NCBI RefSeq assembly: GCF_006345805.1
Contig: NC_043009.1
Location: 69,750,001-69,814,000 of the forward strand
Length of the DNA stretch: 64,000 nucleotides
Direction of reading: 5' to 3'
DNA from: Octopus sinensis
Taxonomy: Eukaryota
The translations under genes were made by a program, and so were the position numbers. Every line of letters starts with the position of its first letter. The first letter of the stretch is position 1. Shown one piece after another: positions 1 through 14,875 of this stretch. The notes below the pieces were generated by a model that saw only the letters and a list, made by a program, of their open reading frames with translations, was not told the origin of the DNA and ran no database searches.

Positions 1-22
1 ACACACATAGACACACCCACAC

Positions 23-68
<46 letters not shown>

Positions 69-940
69 CACGCACAGGTACACATTCGCAGTAAAAATAC
101 AGATATTCAAATATTCTCATAAGCTGTTGTATCCCTTCCTGCCAAATGCAATACTGCACCAAATCATTTTTCATTTTATTGCACACACACACACACACAC
201 CACACACTTACCATCTCATACACACACACACACACACACTTACCATCTCATACACACACACCCTTGTATGCAAACATTTTATTAAATAGAGATCTCTTGA
301 CGTCTTCACCCGTTTTCACTTGAGCACAATGCATTGTTGTATGCAAAATAAACACAGATATAAAGTAAAGCAACAAACCCACACATGAATAAATAAATAA
401 ATAAATAAATGGATATAGAAACTAATAAGTGTGGGGTGGGTGGGGGGGGAGGCAAAGAAAGGGAGAAGGACGAAGAAAGGAAGCGAAAGCATGAAATATG
501 CCGATTTCTATTTGTTTTATCTCGATATTTATGCTTTTATTTTGTATTGAAAAGTAAGATCATGTTGTCTGACATTTGAATCTAATTTATCTCAACATAA
601 AAGAGTTCTGTGTATCGGCTGTGAATCTCGGAATGGAAACACATCTAGCACATCTTCAATGTCTTCTCTCTCCAAGAAGATATATTGAAATTTGCCGGAG
701 AGATTTTCCTAAACAAAAGATATAAAATGGACGAAATGCTATGCTGTACTCATCAAAGCAACAATGCAAGGCAAAACAAACCGTAACGACACTATGCGGA
801 AATAAATACATACATAACAAGCAGACACCATGTACACATGTATACGAGAATATGCCTGAGAGTGTCTGTGCGTGTATGTGTGTGTGTGTGTGTGCGGATA
901 ACCGTGTGTCTCTGCCGTTGTTTATATTTCCTCAAGTCTA

Positions 941-1022
<82 letters not shown>

Positions 1023-1749
1023 GTGTGTACATGTATGCACGTGCATACGTGTGTGTGTGTATATATATATATGTATATATTATTTATAAACCACAGATAT
1101 ATTCACACATGCAAGCAAGCGCACACATACACAAAAATATCCATACACCTACGTGCGTACACACACCCTGATATGTGTGTGTGTATGTGTCTGTTGCTGT
1201 TTGTATGCATGTGTGTGTAATGTAAACGGCAACAATTGAAAAGAGAACGAAGCAGGTATTGAAAGACAAACGAAACTCCTACTTCAATCGCAGCTAGATG
1301 TTGTTTAATGCAATTTGTCTTAATATATATATTTATGTTTTTTTTTTCCTATCCCGCCTCCTCTGACTCTGATCACTTGTCAGCTTTTGATCGCAAAATA
1401 TGAATATTCTAACAGCATTCTTTCATCTATTCCATAGTTTTCTTCTTCTTCTTCTTCTTCTTCTTACTCAGCAGCCTTTATTTATTTAATTTCGTTTCGT
1501 TTTGTTTCGCTTTTGATTTGTTTTGTTACGTTTCGTTCCGTCAAAGTTATACAATTTTATAGTGGCGCTAGAAAGTCAGAATTACATTAATAGAATAGAA
1601 ATGATAATTAATACTTGGATGTATTGTCGTTGCAATTACAGCGGATCTCTTTTATATGACGATTCGTTTTTCGATTATGATAGCTGATAATTTTCTCAGT
1701 GATTATCACATACCCCCCTCCTTACCCAAACACACAACACATGCATATA

Positions 1750-1794
<45 letters not shown>

Positions 1795-1885
1795 ACATAT
1801 ATACGCATACATGCACACACTCCTCCATATACACAAATAGAGAGACTGTACTTTCTCCCATGAAACTAAGCAACTCTCCCGTGTT

Positions 1886-1927
<42 letters not shown>

Positions 1928-2109
1928 ACACACACAAACATTCATGCACACAACACGCTTAAAAACTCTCACACACGTACGAATACAAATCAACATAAAC
2001 TTACACACGCACACGCATACAAACAAATTGCTTATTTACCCATGTACACATCTACATTTCCTGTGTAAACACAAGCAATTTCACAAGACTCGTATACATA
2101 AACACACAT

Positions 2110-2156
<47 letters not shown>

Positions 2157-2190
2157 TACATACATACACACACACATACATACATATATA

Positions 2191-2240
<50 letters not shown>

Positions 2241-2360
2241 GAACGTATATCTATGCACACATAGAGACGTATAGTTATTACCTCACGCACACACATCTAT
2301 TCACTCGTCTCGATATCAGCTTTGCCTTATTGCGCATATTGGTCGAGAAATAAGCCAGAG

Positions 2361-2428
<68 letters not shown>

Positions 2429-3830
2429 GTCATAAAAACACACGTGCACACATGCACTCGCGCACGCACACGCATACACACGCACGCACGCACGCACGCA
2501 CTCCGCAATCTTCGCACTACGACTGATATCAACTTTGTTTAACTTTCCAAACCTAATGCATTTTATGAAAGAACATAAGTGTCTCAACAATTCCTAGCCT
2601 CGAGAGAAGCTTCATTATTTTTCTTGCTGCTTTTCTAAAGGTTTACTTTTCTTTTCTTTGTTTTTTTTTCCCTCTCCGAAGTAATAAACGCAAAGTTCTT
2701 AGATACGGAGCTGCAAATATATTTCCTCAACACATCAATTACGACTGATTGTTTTTGTTGCATTTTATTATTGCTATCGTTATCATCTTCAACTCCATAT
2801 GTATTATCATTTTGATTTTATTATTTTGCTTCTGAAGAATATTCCGTCAAGTAAACCAAGAATTATTGCGCATGGAATTTATTCAATGAAAGACGCAGGA
2901 TAAATATGCATTCTATTCTCCCAGACTGTCTAATGATTATAATATAGAGAATTCCTGCTTTTGTTTCGGTTTCATTGTTCGCTAAATCTTCTTATTTATT
3001 CTCTCTCAATAACTTCTCTATTTTGTCCTGTTCTTTAATCTTTTGTCAATTTCGGTCGGTATTCTTTCTTAAGCAGTCTAGATAAAAGGTGGAAGAGCTA
3101 AACAATAAGGGTTACTCACTCATTTCTTTAAAGTTGATTTGGTCGTAAACTCCATTAGACCGCAAAGGTACCACGGGAAAACCACATTATCGCAACGTAC
3201 GGAAGAGGATAATTCTTCTCAAGCAGCTAATCTGGTCCGAATGTCAACAACAGAGTGGCCTAAAGCACCCAAGGGCCAGATAATGGTAGTGGATTTGCAA
3301 GCTGGACATGGGTACGGCAAAGTGCTGGTGAACAAAATATGGACTTCGTGTGCCTCTTCTTGTACACTTGGCTATATGCAGTCTGAGAGGATGTTATCTA
3401 ATTCTATTGCATTTATGCCTCTCTAAAATACAATATATGTCAGGTGGCACAGAAGGGTGAAGTTCAATGAAGAGAATTTTAAACTTCGATGGAAAGGGAA
3501 ACGAAGCTTTCGAATTGCAAATACCACTCGTCTTGGTTTCACTGAAAAACGGTTTTGTTCTCCTTTTGTTCAGATTCAATGGAATATTTTTGTGAGGAGA
3601 GTATAAAAAAATGAGAAATGGAAGTTAAATATTAGAGGAATGGTTGTGATGAACACGGAAAAATATTCGTGTTCAAAAATTAATTTTATAAGAAACAAAA
3701 TAGAAAAAAACTCACTCTCAGTAAAATAAAAACAAAATTAAAAAATCAAGATTCCTTTATTGGAAGAAAAGGCAGAGATGGATTGGAAGAGAGATTCGAA
3801 TAAAATACCTTGTGGTACTAGATTCGGCTC

Positions 3831-3925
3831 CTTATGTTCTGATTTCAAACCCAACCAAGGTTTTATCGACCCATAGAAAGATGAAAGACAAAGTTAACCT
3901 TGGCAAAATTTGAACTCAGTACGTA
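3831..3925. mobile_element. Degenerate SINE fragments in opposing orientations
   Basis: Similar to the 18651 SINE body: gttctga..ttcaaa..ccaagg on plus and tttatcgacc..gatgaaag.caaag..tttgaactcag on minus. Confidence 0.45.
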
Positions 3926-5056
3926 AAGGGCTGCAAGGATATGTATTTTATTTGATATCTACCGATTCTGATAATCTACCATTCTATATAAGGGGATATA
4001 TTTAACTTTTATATATGTCTGGTATTATGTCAACTCTAGTAGAACATGAGACGTGGATCCTCGTGGGTATTCAACTCAATCCACAGAAGAACTAAACTTG
4101 ACTTTGCAAATTATTTAGCCAGATTTTACTACTGGTCCTTCCTCTCAACTATCTCAAAGGTCATATGTTAATGATAATTACAGAAAAAGTCAATTAAAAC
4201 CTCGTGTTTATGCAGAAACGTATTTGAAATAGACACCGGACATAAATTCCATAGGAAATGTGAATCGAATGTAACCATTGAGAAACGAACCTACAACTCT
4301 CACGCCCGTATAATGTACATGTGGTCTGTCCTACGTTCTGTTCTTCTTTAGTCAACAAAACAACAATTTCAATTTATAGAAAAATTAAATTAAATTAAAT
4401 TATAAAAAATAATGAAAAAAATTATTGGGAATGGCTTTGACATTAAAAAGAAAACAAGATAAGAAAAATTGCGCAAAAATTATTTCTTTGTAGCTTTTCA
4501 TAAAGTACTTTTAATATGTCTGATTTGTATTGCTGATTGCCATCTAGTGGAGATTATTTTAAATTTATTTACTTTTCCCCAGAATTATATTCCTCAAGTA
4601 ATTCTATGTAAGTAAAGACATCGACCGATCTTGAAAGCGGTTTATTTTTTCACTGTGTCTGTTTAAATTACATTAAGAGATTAAAGAAACTAATAAAAGT
4701 ATTTCAGAAATAACATTAAAAAAAAGAACGATATAATGAAGATTCAAAACTGGTCTGGTGCCAAAAAGGCAATTAAGAAAGAGGTTCCAAGTAATGATTA
4801 TAAACTTGAGAAAACATAGACACATGCTCCTACATGTTGTGATTATTAATTTATGTATATGTGTGTGTGTGTGTGTGTGTTTGCGTATGTGTGTGTATGT
4901 ATGTGTACGTGTGTCTGTGCGCGCACTTGTGTTGGTTTTATGAATAAGTGTATGTTTTCAAATGGTATGACTGTACGTGTGTACAGGTAAATAGTATCCT
5001 CTTTTTACGAACATATACACACATCTCTCTCACCCACTATCTCTCTTTCTCTCTCC

Positions 5057-5135
<79 letters not shown>

Positions 5136-6666
5136 ATGTATATATATATATATATATATAACATTGGCACATGCAATAAGTGCGAGAACCAGTCATGCAC
5201 ACACATTTATATGGAGTAAACTATTTTCATGATGTAAATGGGGATTTGTATCCTATCAAGATGAAACAAGTTGGAATCAGCGCTCATAATAATTAACTGA
5301 TGAGATACTTCTGTAGAATTTGCTTCATTAAAACGTTACTTTTCTAAGCATTAACGTTCCCACATTGATATTAAAATTATAATGTATATTACTAAAATTT
5401 TAAACATAAGTAAGTTTAGTGAGTCAGATATTCAAGTAAATGTGTCCCTTTGACGGTTATGGCAGTTTCTTGATCAACACTTACAGAATCGAATTTGAAA
5501 CCAATGTCAAACATAAGCAATAGATGAGCCGGTCCCGTCTCTACCATCTCCGGTTTAGAAAGCAAACAGTCGAAACTTTATGCATTCATTCAATACCTTG
5601 GCTCATAGCAGTGACGATATGAGTTTTTTTTCGCCAAATCCCTCAAGCAAAAATTATACAACACGAAAATTCTAAGTTGTTCGCATAAAATTCACCGGGG
5701 AACAGGTAACATGGAAATTAATGTATTTTGGAAAAAGGACGAACGTCAGTGTACGTCAGTTATTTATATACACATTAAAAACAAAGAAAAAGGGGAAAAT
5801 GAGTGCGCACGCACACAAACGCACATGCAGAGAGACAGAGGGAGAGAAGGAGAGGTGAGAGAAATGGTGAGAGAGGGGGAGGAAAGAGAGAGAAAGAGAG
5901 AGAGAGAGATCTATTTTAGAAAACTGCAGGCAACCAAAACAGTTATATCTTGTTTCCGAAGTTAAAATTGATACCAAAGACGACAATAGTTTAACAGGAA
6001 AATACATCGAAAGAATCGCATCCACCAAGGAATATTCTGTGACTGTTAGAGCGGGAAAATGAAGACAGCTTCTTTCTCCTTCTTTTGCACAATTCTAACA
6101 CTGTTGTACACGTCTTACTTTTCCGGGGTTTTTTTCTTCTCGTTTTGTTCAGTTTCTCTTTTGTTTTTATTTGACATTTGAAGCTAAAAGCTAAGTTTGG
6201 AATATCGATTTCACTCTTCAAACATGCTGTTTTATCAAAATGCTAAACCAAATTCCCCATTCTCGTCAGTATTCAAATAAGACCTCCATTTCTCAGAAGA
6301 AAACCTCCATGTGACTACGAAATGGAGTTGCTAGAAATAGCTGAAAAATCTGCCTCAAACCATAACCCCATCGTTGTAAAAGAGGAAGAGATCGTGATTA
6401 AATAAATGGTTGGATGATCACGGCTGGAATGTATTTGATCACAGGTTGGTTAGATGAAGCCTCGCTTGACCTAAACAACAACTATGATAGTATATGATAG
6501 TACAATATTTTATTGTCATACAAAATTATGATGAAGCCATACCTTCTCATGGTTATCTTAAATATCAGCTCCACACTCATTATATCCGCGTATTTCAAAA
6601 GTTTCACTTATTGGACTTTACCTTCTCCAAAGTCTTTTAGATTCTAAACATGCAAGCTTATTTACT

Positions 6667-7110
6667 AATCCTTCATCATTCATTGTTCGACCGTGGTCGA
6701 GACAATGGAATTTACTATGTTACGCCAGACTTCACGGTCCATCATGGCATTACGGATGTCCTGTTGCTGGATGCCTGTATCCCTGGAGATTACATCAGGG
6801 TAGGAGAGTGTGCGCCTTCTGGTATCGCGAGCAGATGGCTTCCAGAGGAGAAGAGTAGAAATTACCTCGTTTTCAGCTCTACAACAATGTCCAGCAAATT
6901 GGACTCTTCTACCTTTCACAAGAGATGATACAGGTGGTAATTTCCCATATATTTGTACTTTGGTTGGATGACGCTTCCACGAGAGATTTTGAGCTCTCAT
7001 AAAGAGGTGAGTGTAAGTTCCATCCAGCCGCCTCTCAAGCTTCTTTGATATCGTCCAGGCTTCTGAGCCATATAGTAGAATCTTCAAAGCCACAGTCGAA
7101 CCAATTTACT
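6667..7110 (-). mobile_element. 5'-truncated RTE-clade LINE, 3' end of ORF
   Basis: ORF 6680-7093 has LLYGSEAW, RRVQFAGHC.R, LLW.P, SY.DVI..DTG and AMMDREVW, the typical RTE C-terminus, followed by a short atga/tga tail. Confidence 0.9.
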
Positions 7111-7891
7111 AATAATCTCAACTAGTAGAAGCTTTCAATATTATGTTTTCATATTTATGATGATGAAAGCTCCTCTCAAATGTTTCCTCTCGATCATACT
7201 GTATAGCTTACACACTAACGCATTAGACGTGATGGTCACGGCCATGGCCAAATGAAACGTATCTGCTATGTCATAATAGACGTTGAAATGCAATTACTGG
7301 ATCAACCACAGCAGAAAACATGAGATAAATCAAGAAAGGAGGCAGTGCACGGGAGTAAAGGATATTTAGAGATCTACTCTCCGCGTGTGGATATACATCC
7401 GAGCCATAACGTTCCTTTGTTCACATCAACCTTACCACCAACTCTTCGGGAATTGAAGAATTAGTGTGTTCTCAAATATTTCTTCTCAAATATTTGCGAT
7501 ATACCTGAACCTCGTAATTCTTAATGACCTAAATCTGCCAGAGATTTGTCGACCTTATCGGTATATCAAGTCGAAATGTTTGGAGCTGAATAAGATAGAT
7601 GTGGCAAATCATTTCAAATATTAACGATAAAAAAATGACTAATAAAATGAAATCGTTTATTTTCTTAAAACAATCGCTATCTCAACGCACTGGAAAACAA
7701 GCAAACAGCAGCAGTAGATATGGTAGTCATCTGGGGAAATCTGCGATGGTCAGGTGCGATGGGTCTTATGTAAACACGCACATAAGTATGTATAATGTAC
7801 GAATGCATATATGTGTGTGGGTGTAAGCACATGTATATATATATATATATACACACACACATTTTTGTGCACATATATAGTTACTGATACA

Positions 7892-7938
<47 letters not shown>

Positions 7939-8434
7939 TCATGCACACACACGCACACACATACACACATATATATATGCATAAATACATATGAGCTAAG
8001 CTCAAAAAAATCAGACAGTAGAAACAGAACGTGCTTTCATTGTTATTGTTATGTCAGGTGAATATTTTCGCCAACTTACACCGACTTAATAAGATGAGGC
8101 CTTTTGTATAAAATAAAAACCAATACCGTTGTCGTATACAATAGAAATGTCCTAGCATCGGAATGTTCTTTCTTTGCCAATATTCATATCTGAAAATTGT
8201 GAGATCTGTGATAAATGGCATTTGAATAACATTTCTGCTATAAAACGAAGAATAAATGTCAAAACGTGAAAATATAAATATGAAAATGTCCTGTTTTATC
8301 TTATATCTTCAGCACAGCGAGAGGGAAATGGACGACTGTAAAGAAGAGATTGAAACCGTGTAGGGATATAGAAATATTCTCCCTCCCTCTCTCTCTCTCG
8401 TACACATATCCACATATACATATGTGTGTGTTTA

Positions 8435-8482
<48 letters not shown>

Positions 8483-8518
8483 ATATCATCTTTTACTATA
8501 TGCATGTATATATGCTTG

Positions 8519-8565
<47 letters not shown>

Positions 8566-9320
8566 CATTTATATACGCACGCATACACATATACGAGCGT
8601 GTACCTAAAGAGAGAAAGTGAGAGAGAGAGAGAGAGAGAGACAATGAGAGTGAAGACTATAGACGACCGGCGATGGAGTGGGAGTTACAAGAATAAAATG
8701 CGGTGCGTGATCGAGAATTAGCGACCATCGCAGACAGAGACGAGATGGGCTTCAGAAAGATAAGAAAATAAATAAATAAATAAACATATAACACATTATA
8801 ATACAAGATAAAATCTGGGTACAATTGAAGAGATCGCTATGAAGAAATATAGAAAGGGAAAAAAATCGACAGAAGCTGCAACTGAAACGAGCCAGCGGAG
8901 AAGAGAGAAAGAATAAATTTTGTAAAGAATCCTTTGATTCAATGGATAAGTAGATTCATTACGAGGACAAACGGATGTGTTATTAGCCGTAATGATGGAA
9001 TAGATATTAAATCAAACCTGAAAGGGGCGGACAGTTCGCCAACGACGAGTGTTCTACGCATTCTCCTACGACCTGTTAGGAATATCAGCCAAATCTGCAC
9101 TAAATTAATGCACATTTTGTTTTTAATTGAAGAAAATATTAGGTTTAGTAAATATTATTTGTATCCTGGAGAAAAAAAAAGTGACGACAAGGAATACCTC
9201 CGAACAATTGTCTACGAAGTCCGTTTAAACCGGGATCATCACTGGTGGAAGACGTTTATAAGATTTATGTTCAAAAGGTTTACAGCTACAGAAATCTCGC
9301 ACAAACAACATACACACAGG

Positions 9321-9385
<65 letters not shown>

Positions 9386-9389
9386 TACA

Positions 9390-9917
9390 TGTTGTCCGAA
9401 AATGCCATCACGTTATTATCTGCCGACGAGACATGATGCTGTAGCTAGGACACTCTATAATGAAATCCGTCCGAAAGATAATCTTGAGGACAAAGAAATA
9501 AGAAGCCACGGGAGAACAGAAGCCATAACCACTCATAATAAAAGGAATTCTGGTGGAATGCCTCAGTGAAGACCTCAATAAAATGTAAGCACAACAGACC
9601 TGATATAAGGATTTAGGATAAAGAAGAGAAATTGTGCACAGTTGTGGAAATTAGCTGCCAAGCGGATGTTAAGTGAAAAAGAGAACACCTACGCTGAACT
9701 ATTGAGAAATCTGCAGCTACCCTATCCAGACTGCAACTTTAGGTTGATACTTGTAATTATTGGGGCCCTGGGATATGTAACACACTGCCTAAATGCCAAT
9801 CTTAAGTAATTAGGCTTATCAAAACCAGAAAGGGGAAAGCTAATTCGAAGACTACAGATCCGATCTATCACTGGAACTGTAAAAATCTGTAAAACTTTCC
9901 GGCAGTTTATTATTTAA
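9390..9917 (+). mobile_element. Decayed RLE-type non-LTR retrotransposon 3' fragment (R4/Dong-like)
   Basis: Frameshifted motifs CCPKM..YYL..RHD (CCHC knuckle), EFWWN, KHNRPDI, VVEISC, VIIGALG and TVKICKTF of a restriction-like endonuclease domain. Confidence 0.8.
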
Positions 9918-10121
9918 ATATATATGAGCATGTCTAGATATGCAACTATATGCATGAGAATGCATACATAAAGCAAAACATACAACTCTGCACATATGCA
10001 TGCATACATACATACAAAAATACCCAGTCGTTGATGTTGAAATTCCAATGAAAGAGCCTTGGATCTAGGTTGGAAATCGACTCTTTCTCTATTGGAAAGA
10101 AATCTTAAATAAAACTGAACA

Positions 10122-10146
10122 ATGACAGACAGGCAGGCAGGCAGGA

Positions 10147-10199
<53 letters not shown>

Positions 10200-10341
10200 G
10201 GCAGGCAGGCAGGCAGGCACATACATACATACATGCATACATACATACATACATACATACATGCATGCATACATACATACATACATACATACATACATAC
10301 ATACATACATACATACATACATACATACATACATACATACA
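10122..10341. repeat. Compound tetranucleotide microsatellite (GACA/GGCA/CATA)n
   Basis: Direct inspection. Explains the MYVC/LSVC ORFs. Confidence 0.97.
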
Positions 10342-13300
10342 TAATGGAAGCATAATCATCCAGTGTTTCAGATGATATTTATGACAGTTGAGGCGGTTGG
10401 TAAAGATCTCAGATCTAGCATCAAGATGTACCTCTTAAGTTCTTAAAAAATTGAAAACTGGCGGAAAACTTGTAATTTATGAGTAAATTAGAGGTATTTG
10501 CTGTACAATGTGAAAATTTATTGGTATAAAAGTGTGTCTTATATATTATTAGCGAGTTCTCTGAACATTGAAGGTGAAAAGCACAAAGGCTGTAGGAATT
10601 CAAAGTGTCCTTTAATAGGTTAAAAATGAGAAAAGAAAGAGTTTGCCACTCGATGCTGGTAAATTATTGAGTTATAAACTATTCAATCAACTGGTTGTGT
10701 AATCATCCAGAATTTCGGTGATTTTTATAAACGCAATATCAGTACGATGCTCTTTTCGACAACATATAAACCTGCAATATTAGTTGAAATTTTTCTAATC
10801 TCAAATTCATTGGTACGTTCTTTCACATTACACATATAATTGCAGAGAAATATCTTAAAAAGGAAAAGCAGTAAATTGTGATTCAATAGAATGAATTTCG
10901 GCTGCTAATTCAAGCTGGTTGAGGTTTCAAGTTGTATTCTTGGAAGTAAAGATGAAGGTGGAAAAGTGGGGCAGAAGTAATGCTGACCTTAGCGGATGTT
11001 GCAGTATTCTTGTTACTAGTTACAGCTGTCAATATTTAACCCTAATCCAGATCTTATCACGTAGAATGGTGATCAAAGGTGTTCTGATCTTGAGATCTCC
11101 CTCATTATGGCAACTCAAGCAATAAAATAAATCTTTTGTTTTTTTGTTGAGCTGAAAGTATTTCAGTAGGAGGCGAGTAACGGAGTGAATATCTTGTCTA
11201 GTGATGTGTTAGTATTTTGATGTTTTTTTATTCTCAAATGAACCCTGATCGAAGGGATCAATTAGTAGAAACCATAGAGATCTCACATACAATATCCAGA
11301 TAATTTATCAAAGTTTATGATATCCAACATGTTGATTTTACTAACATATTAGTTGTAATTTATGGGGTATTTGGCTGCTCTTTCTACCTGGTTGTTTTAT
11401 AAGAGCCACGTCAGACGTTGATCTTGCAGATCTATCCTCCAAGGTTATTCTATTGAAGACCCTCATTTATATTTTTGAAGATTATGCAGCAACCTAGAAC
11501 CCCATTACCAAAAAGGTTAGGTGATGAGTTGGCTGATTCGTTAGAGTGACATAGGGAAGACATGGCGGTATTGTTTCCGGATCTCAATCTACTGCGTTCA
11601 GATACCCCATAGCTTTGGCTTTCGGATCGAAAGATACGATGACACCAGAAAGTGTCAATGTACACCACAACAAATAAAGAATAGAAATGTGCTTCTTCTC
11701 TTTTACGATGGCTGTATGAATTTTTTTTAGATCATTTCACTTGTTCTGTCAGGTTAAATGGTCGTATAGGATCTCTCTCTCTCTCTCTCGCTCGTATTCT
11801 TCCAGGCTGTGATATTGCGTAGTGAACTCCCTTGTGGTCTCGGAAGTTTAATCAGTTCGAAGATTAATATCGATTTACATTTGAATAAATACAATGAACG
11901 AAACAGTTCAGGTGATAGAGATTTATATTACTTACATCGGCAAAATCTCTCAGCATTTACTATGGCATGTGAAGTAAAAGTGGGTTTTGTGTATCACTTA
12001 TGCGATATATTCCTTTCTGACGTAACTGAAGCGAAATAACTACAACCGGGAAATGAAGCTCGCTCAACTGACTGAAACCATAGCGACATTTATGGATCTC
12101 GCTTCAGTTTTATTTCATTAGCCACCGATGCTTCAGAGAGGTTTTTCGCGAGATGGGAAATGAGTAAATTATTACGTGTATCCATACAAATCGAATGAGT
12201 AGCAGCATGTAAAAGAGAAAATAAATGTAAATTCCTTGCAAATGAAAAGCTGAACCTGTAAAGAATCTCTCTGTTTCTTCTACGACATTCACATGTGTAT
12301 ATGAAAATAATATCAAATTATATTCGAAGCCCTAACAAAATAGATACGGTCCATGCGAATGAAATAAGTGAAATTATAAGTAATATTAATGTTCATGCAC
12401 ATCCGTACATATATATATACATGTATGCGCATAGCTGCATACACGCACTCACACACAAACATACACCCATACATGTACACACTTACACGCATGCATACAC
12501 CTATATATACAAATGTACACGAAAACATAAAATGAACCGGGGACATTAGGATTCTCTATGGAAAATGGTTTCAGAAAGAAAATGAAAATATGAGAAATAA
12601 GACTGGAAATACATTTCTATTAATATATATATATGCATATGTATATGTGTGTGTATGTTTGTTTCTTTATTATATGTATGATGCTTGAACATGTAAGTGA
12701 AGAAGAGGCTTTGGGTTAGAGACTGTGACTGTATTCATATCGGCCTAAAAGACGGTATTGTTGTCAATGTCCTGCACAACCGTTTCTTGTACATTATCCT
12801 TCGAGCAGGATTTCGTTATAATTAACCCTAACCCATGAAGGTTATGTGTCTGCATCATCATAGACCATTTCAAAGAATTAACCCAGTAAGAGGTAAAACT
12901 ATTCTCTGTATGCGTGTGTATGTGTGTATGTGTATCTTTGTGTGCCTCCGCGTGTCCGTACGCAAGCAATCATGGTTTATATGTTTCAGGTGTTTTACCC
13001 CTCGTTTGCCTACCTTCACAAAACTATAAACAAACTTAACTCTTGCTTAACCTCTTAACCCTCCGATGCCCTCGCTTTTTCACAAATTAATAAAGGATAA
13101 TAATCAACAGAAATAATTATAACAAATCCTAGAAAATATTAAAAAACCGTACACAATAGATTAAGCAAGCTCTGTGTCCCCGAAATGTACGTCTAGTTCT
13201 TTTGTTACTCTTTCCTTCCATTGTTTTATATAAAGCACCAAAATATTAAATAGCGGCAATTTCACTCCCTTCTTTTATTAGTTTAATGTTTGCATTCTCT

Positions 13301-14050
13301 TCTTTTTCTTTTCCGATTTTTCTGATCAAACTTTACTGCCATACACTGTTATATTCATCCTCAATAATTCTTGACTTTCGGCTGAGAAAAATGACAAAAT
13401 CTTTGGTTATATTATCGCTGGTGCCACCTGGAATTCAATACTGATTCAGTCTTCAAACTGAAGCAATAAAGGATCCCCCATCGCAACATCACACTTCTGC
13501 TCCCAATCAATTTGCAGAATCAATCACGTCGATGCCGATGTACATCGATTCTGTTAAACGTTCATTTTTGTCCCAAACATAGCTAAATTGCAGTTCTCTT
13601 CCGTTATTAAACTTATTTTCATTGCGGTCAAATCTTTCAATAATCTCAAGCGAGATGTTTAAAACACTTGTCAATCCTGTTTATGACTTTGTTCGGGAGT
13701 ATCCCTGGATTCTTATCGTTGCCTGGAGAACGGGCGATGGTTGTAAATAAATGCGTGATATTTCCGTTCGCAAACGAGTTTAGCGAGGAATTGAGATAAA
13801 ATATTGAGGGCAGAGAAAGCTACTGGCTCTTAATTGATCACTAACAGATATTTGCGTGTGCAAGGTCCAAGAACTTTAATTAAATTCTATACATTATCGG
13901 TTACTTACAATGAATTGAATATCATTTATTAAAGTTGATGAAAGACCATATAATTGAAATGAAACTAAAACGGAAGATAACCAAAGCCACAACAACAATG
14001 TATGTGCCAGATCGTGTGCATAATATGTGTGTATGTGCATTCATATGTAT

Positions 14051-14104
<54 letters not shown>

Positions 14105-14156
14105 AGAGTTTACAAAAAAAAACAAAAGACGAAGACAGGTGGTGCACAAAAACAAA

Positions 14157-14264
14157 CAGATGTATTAGTATAACGCTCTGGAATAGAAAAAGTCTTTTAC
14201 GTTTCCAGCCTACGCTCTTCTACAGAAAGTGACACAGAAAAAACAAGGCGAGAAACAAGTGTAT
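14157..14264 (-). repeat. Dispersed repeat family 2 copy, containing a hammerhead-like motif
   Basis: Reverse complement aligns with 39083-39189 over about 105 bp. Confidence 0.85.
14194..14229 (-). ncRNA. Variant minimal hammerhead-like fold (degenerate copy)
   Basis: CTTT-CTGTAGA-A-GAGC-GTAG-GCTG-GAAACGTA-AAAG. First stem II pair broken and core position 6 is T instead of A. Confidence 0.3.
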
Positions 14265-14327
<63 letters not shown>

Positions 14328-14875
14328 TATATACACTGCGTTTCAAATTATTAACGACGTAATATCTTTTTTATCTTATTTAGAAACTTCTCGTTCGAAT
14401 TCAACGAAATTTCCACAGAATGATGGCAAAGTTTGTATGCGTTAGGTCTTGTGCAAGTGTAAACAAACTGTGGCCATTTGCATGATTTCCACGAACTTTC
14501 AGTGTTCCAAATTATTAACGAATGCTCTGATAATCGTGTAATTATGGGTCATAAATGCGACTCGATTGCCTCAGAGAAATCTGTTTAATCTTCGATTAGA
14601 TCTTTCCCTGAATGTAAATGTGGGTGGTTTTTCGAGGTTATTCTTCTTTCGGAATGGTTTTTTTAATCTAATATCTTAACAACCGGACACGCAATGTTCA
14701 GACATAAAAACAGAGTTTGCAGTTTCCAAAGTTACACATACGCATAACATTACAAGCGCACATCGTTAAACGGCTATGATTATTTTTCTACACACACACA
14801 CACACACACTCTCTCTCTCTCACTCACTCACACACACACACACACACATACACACATACACACACACACAAGTGA

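Noticed and set aside
12745-12907. Possible terminal exon (ENSFTSYW...DNNTVF*) on the minus strand
   Set aside because: No polypyrimidine tract and no recognisable domain; cannot be distinguished from chance.
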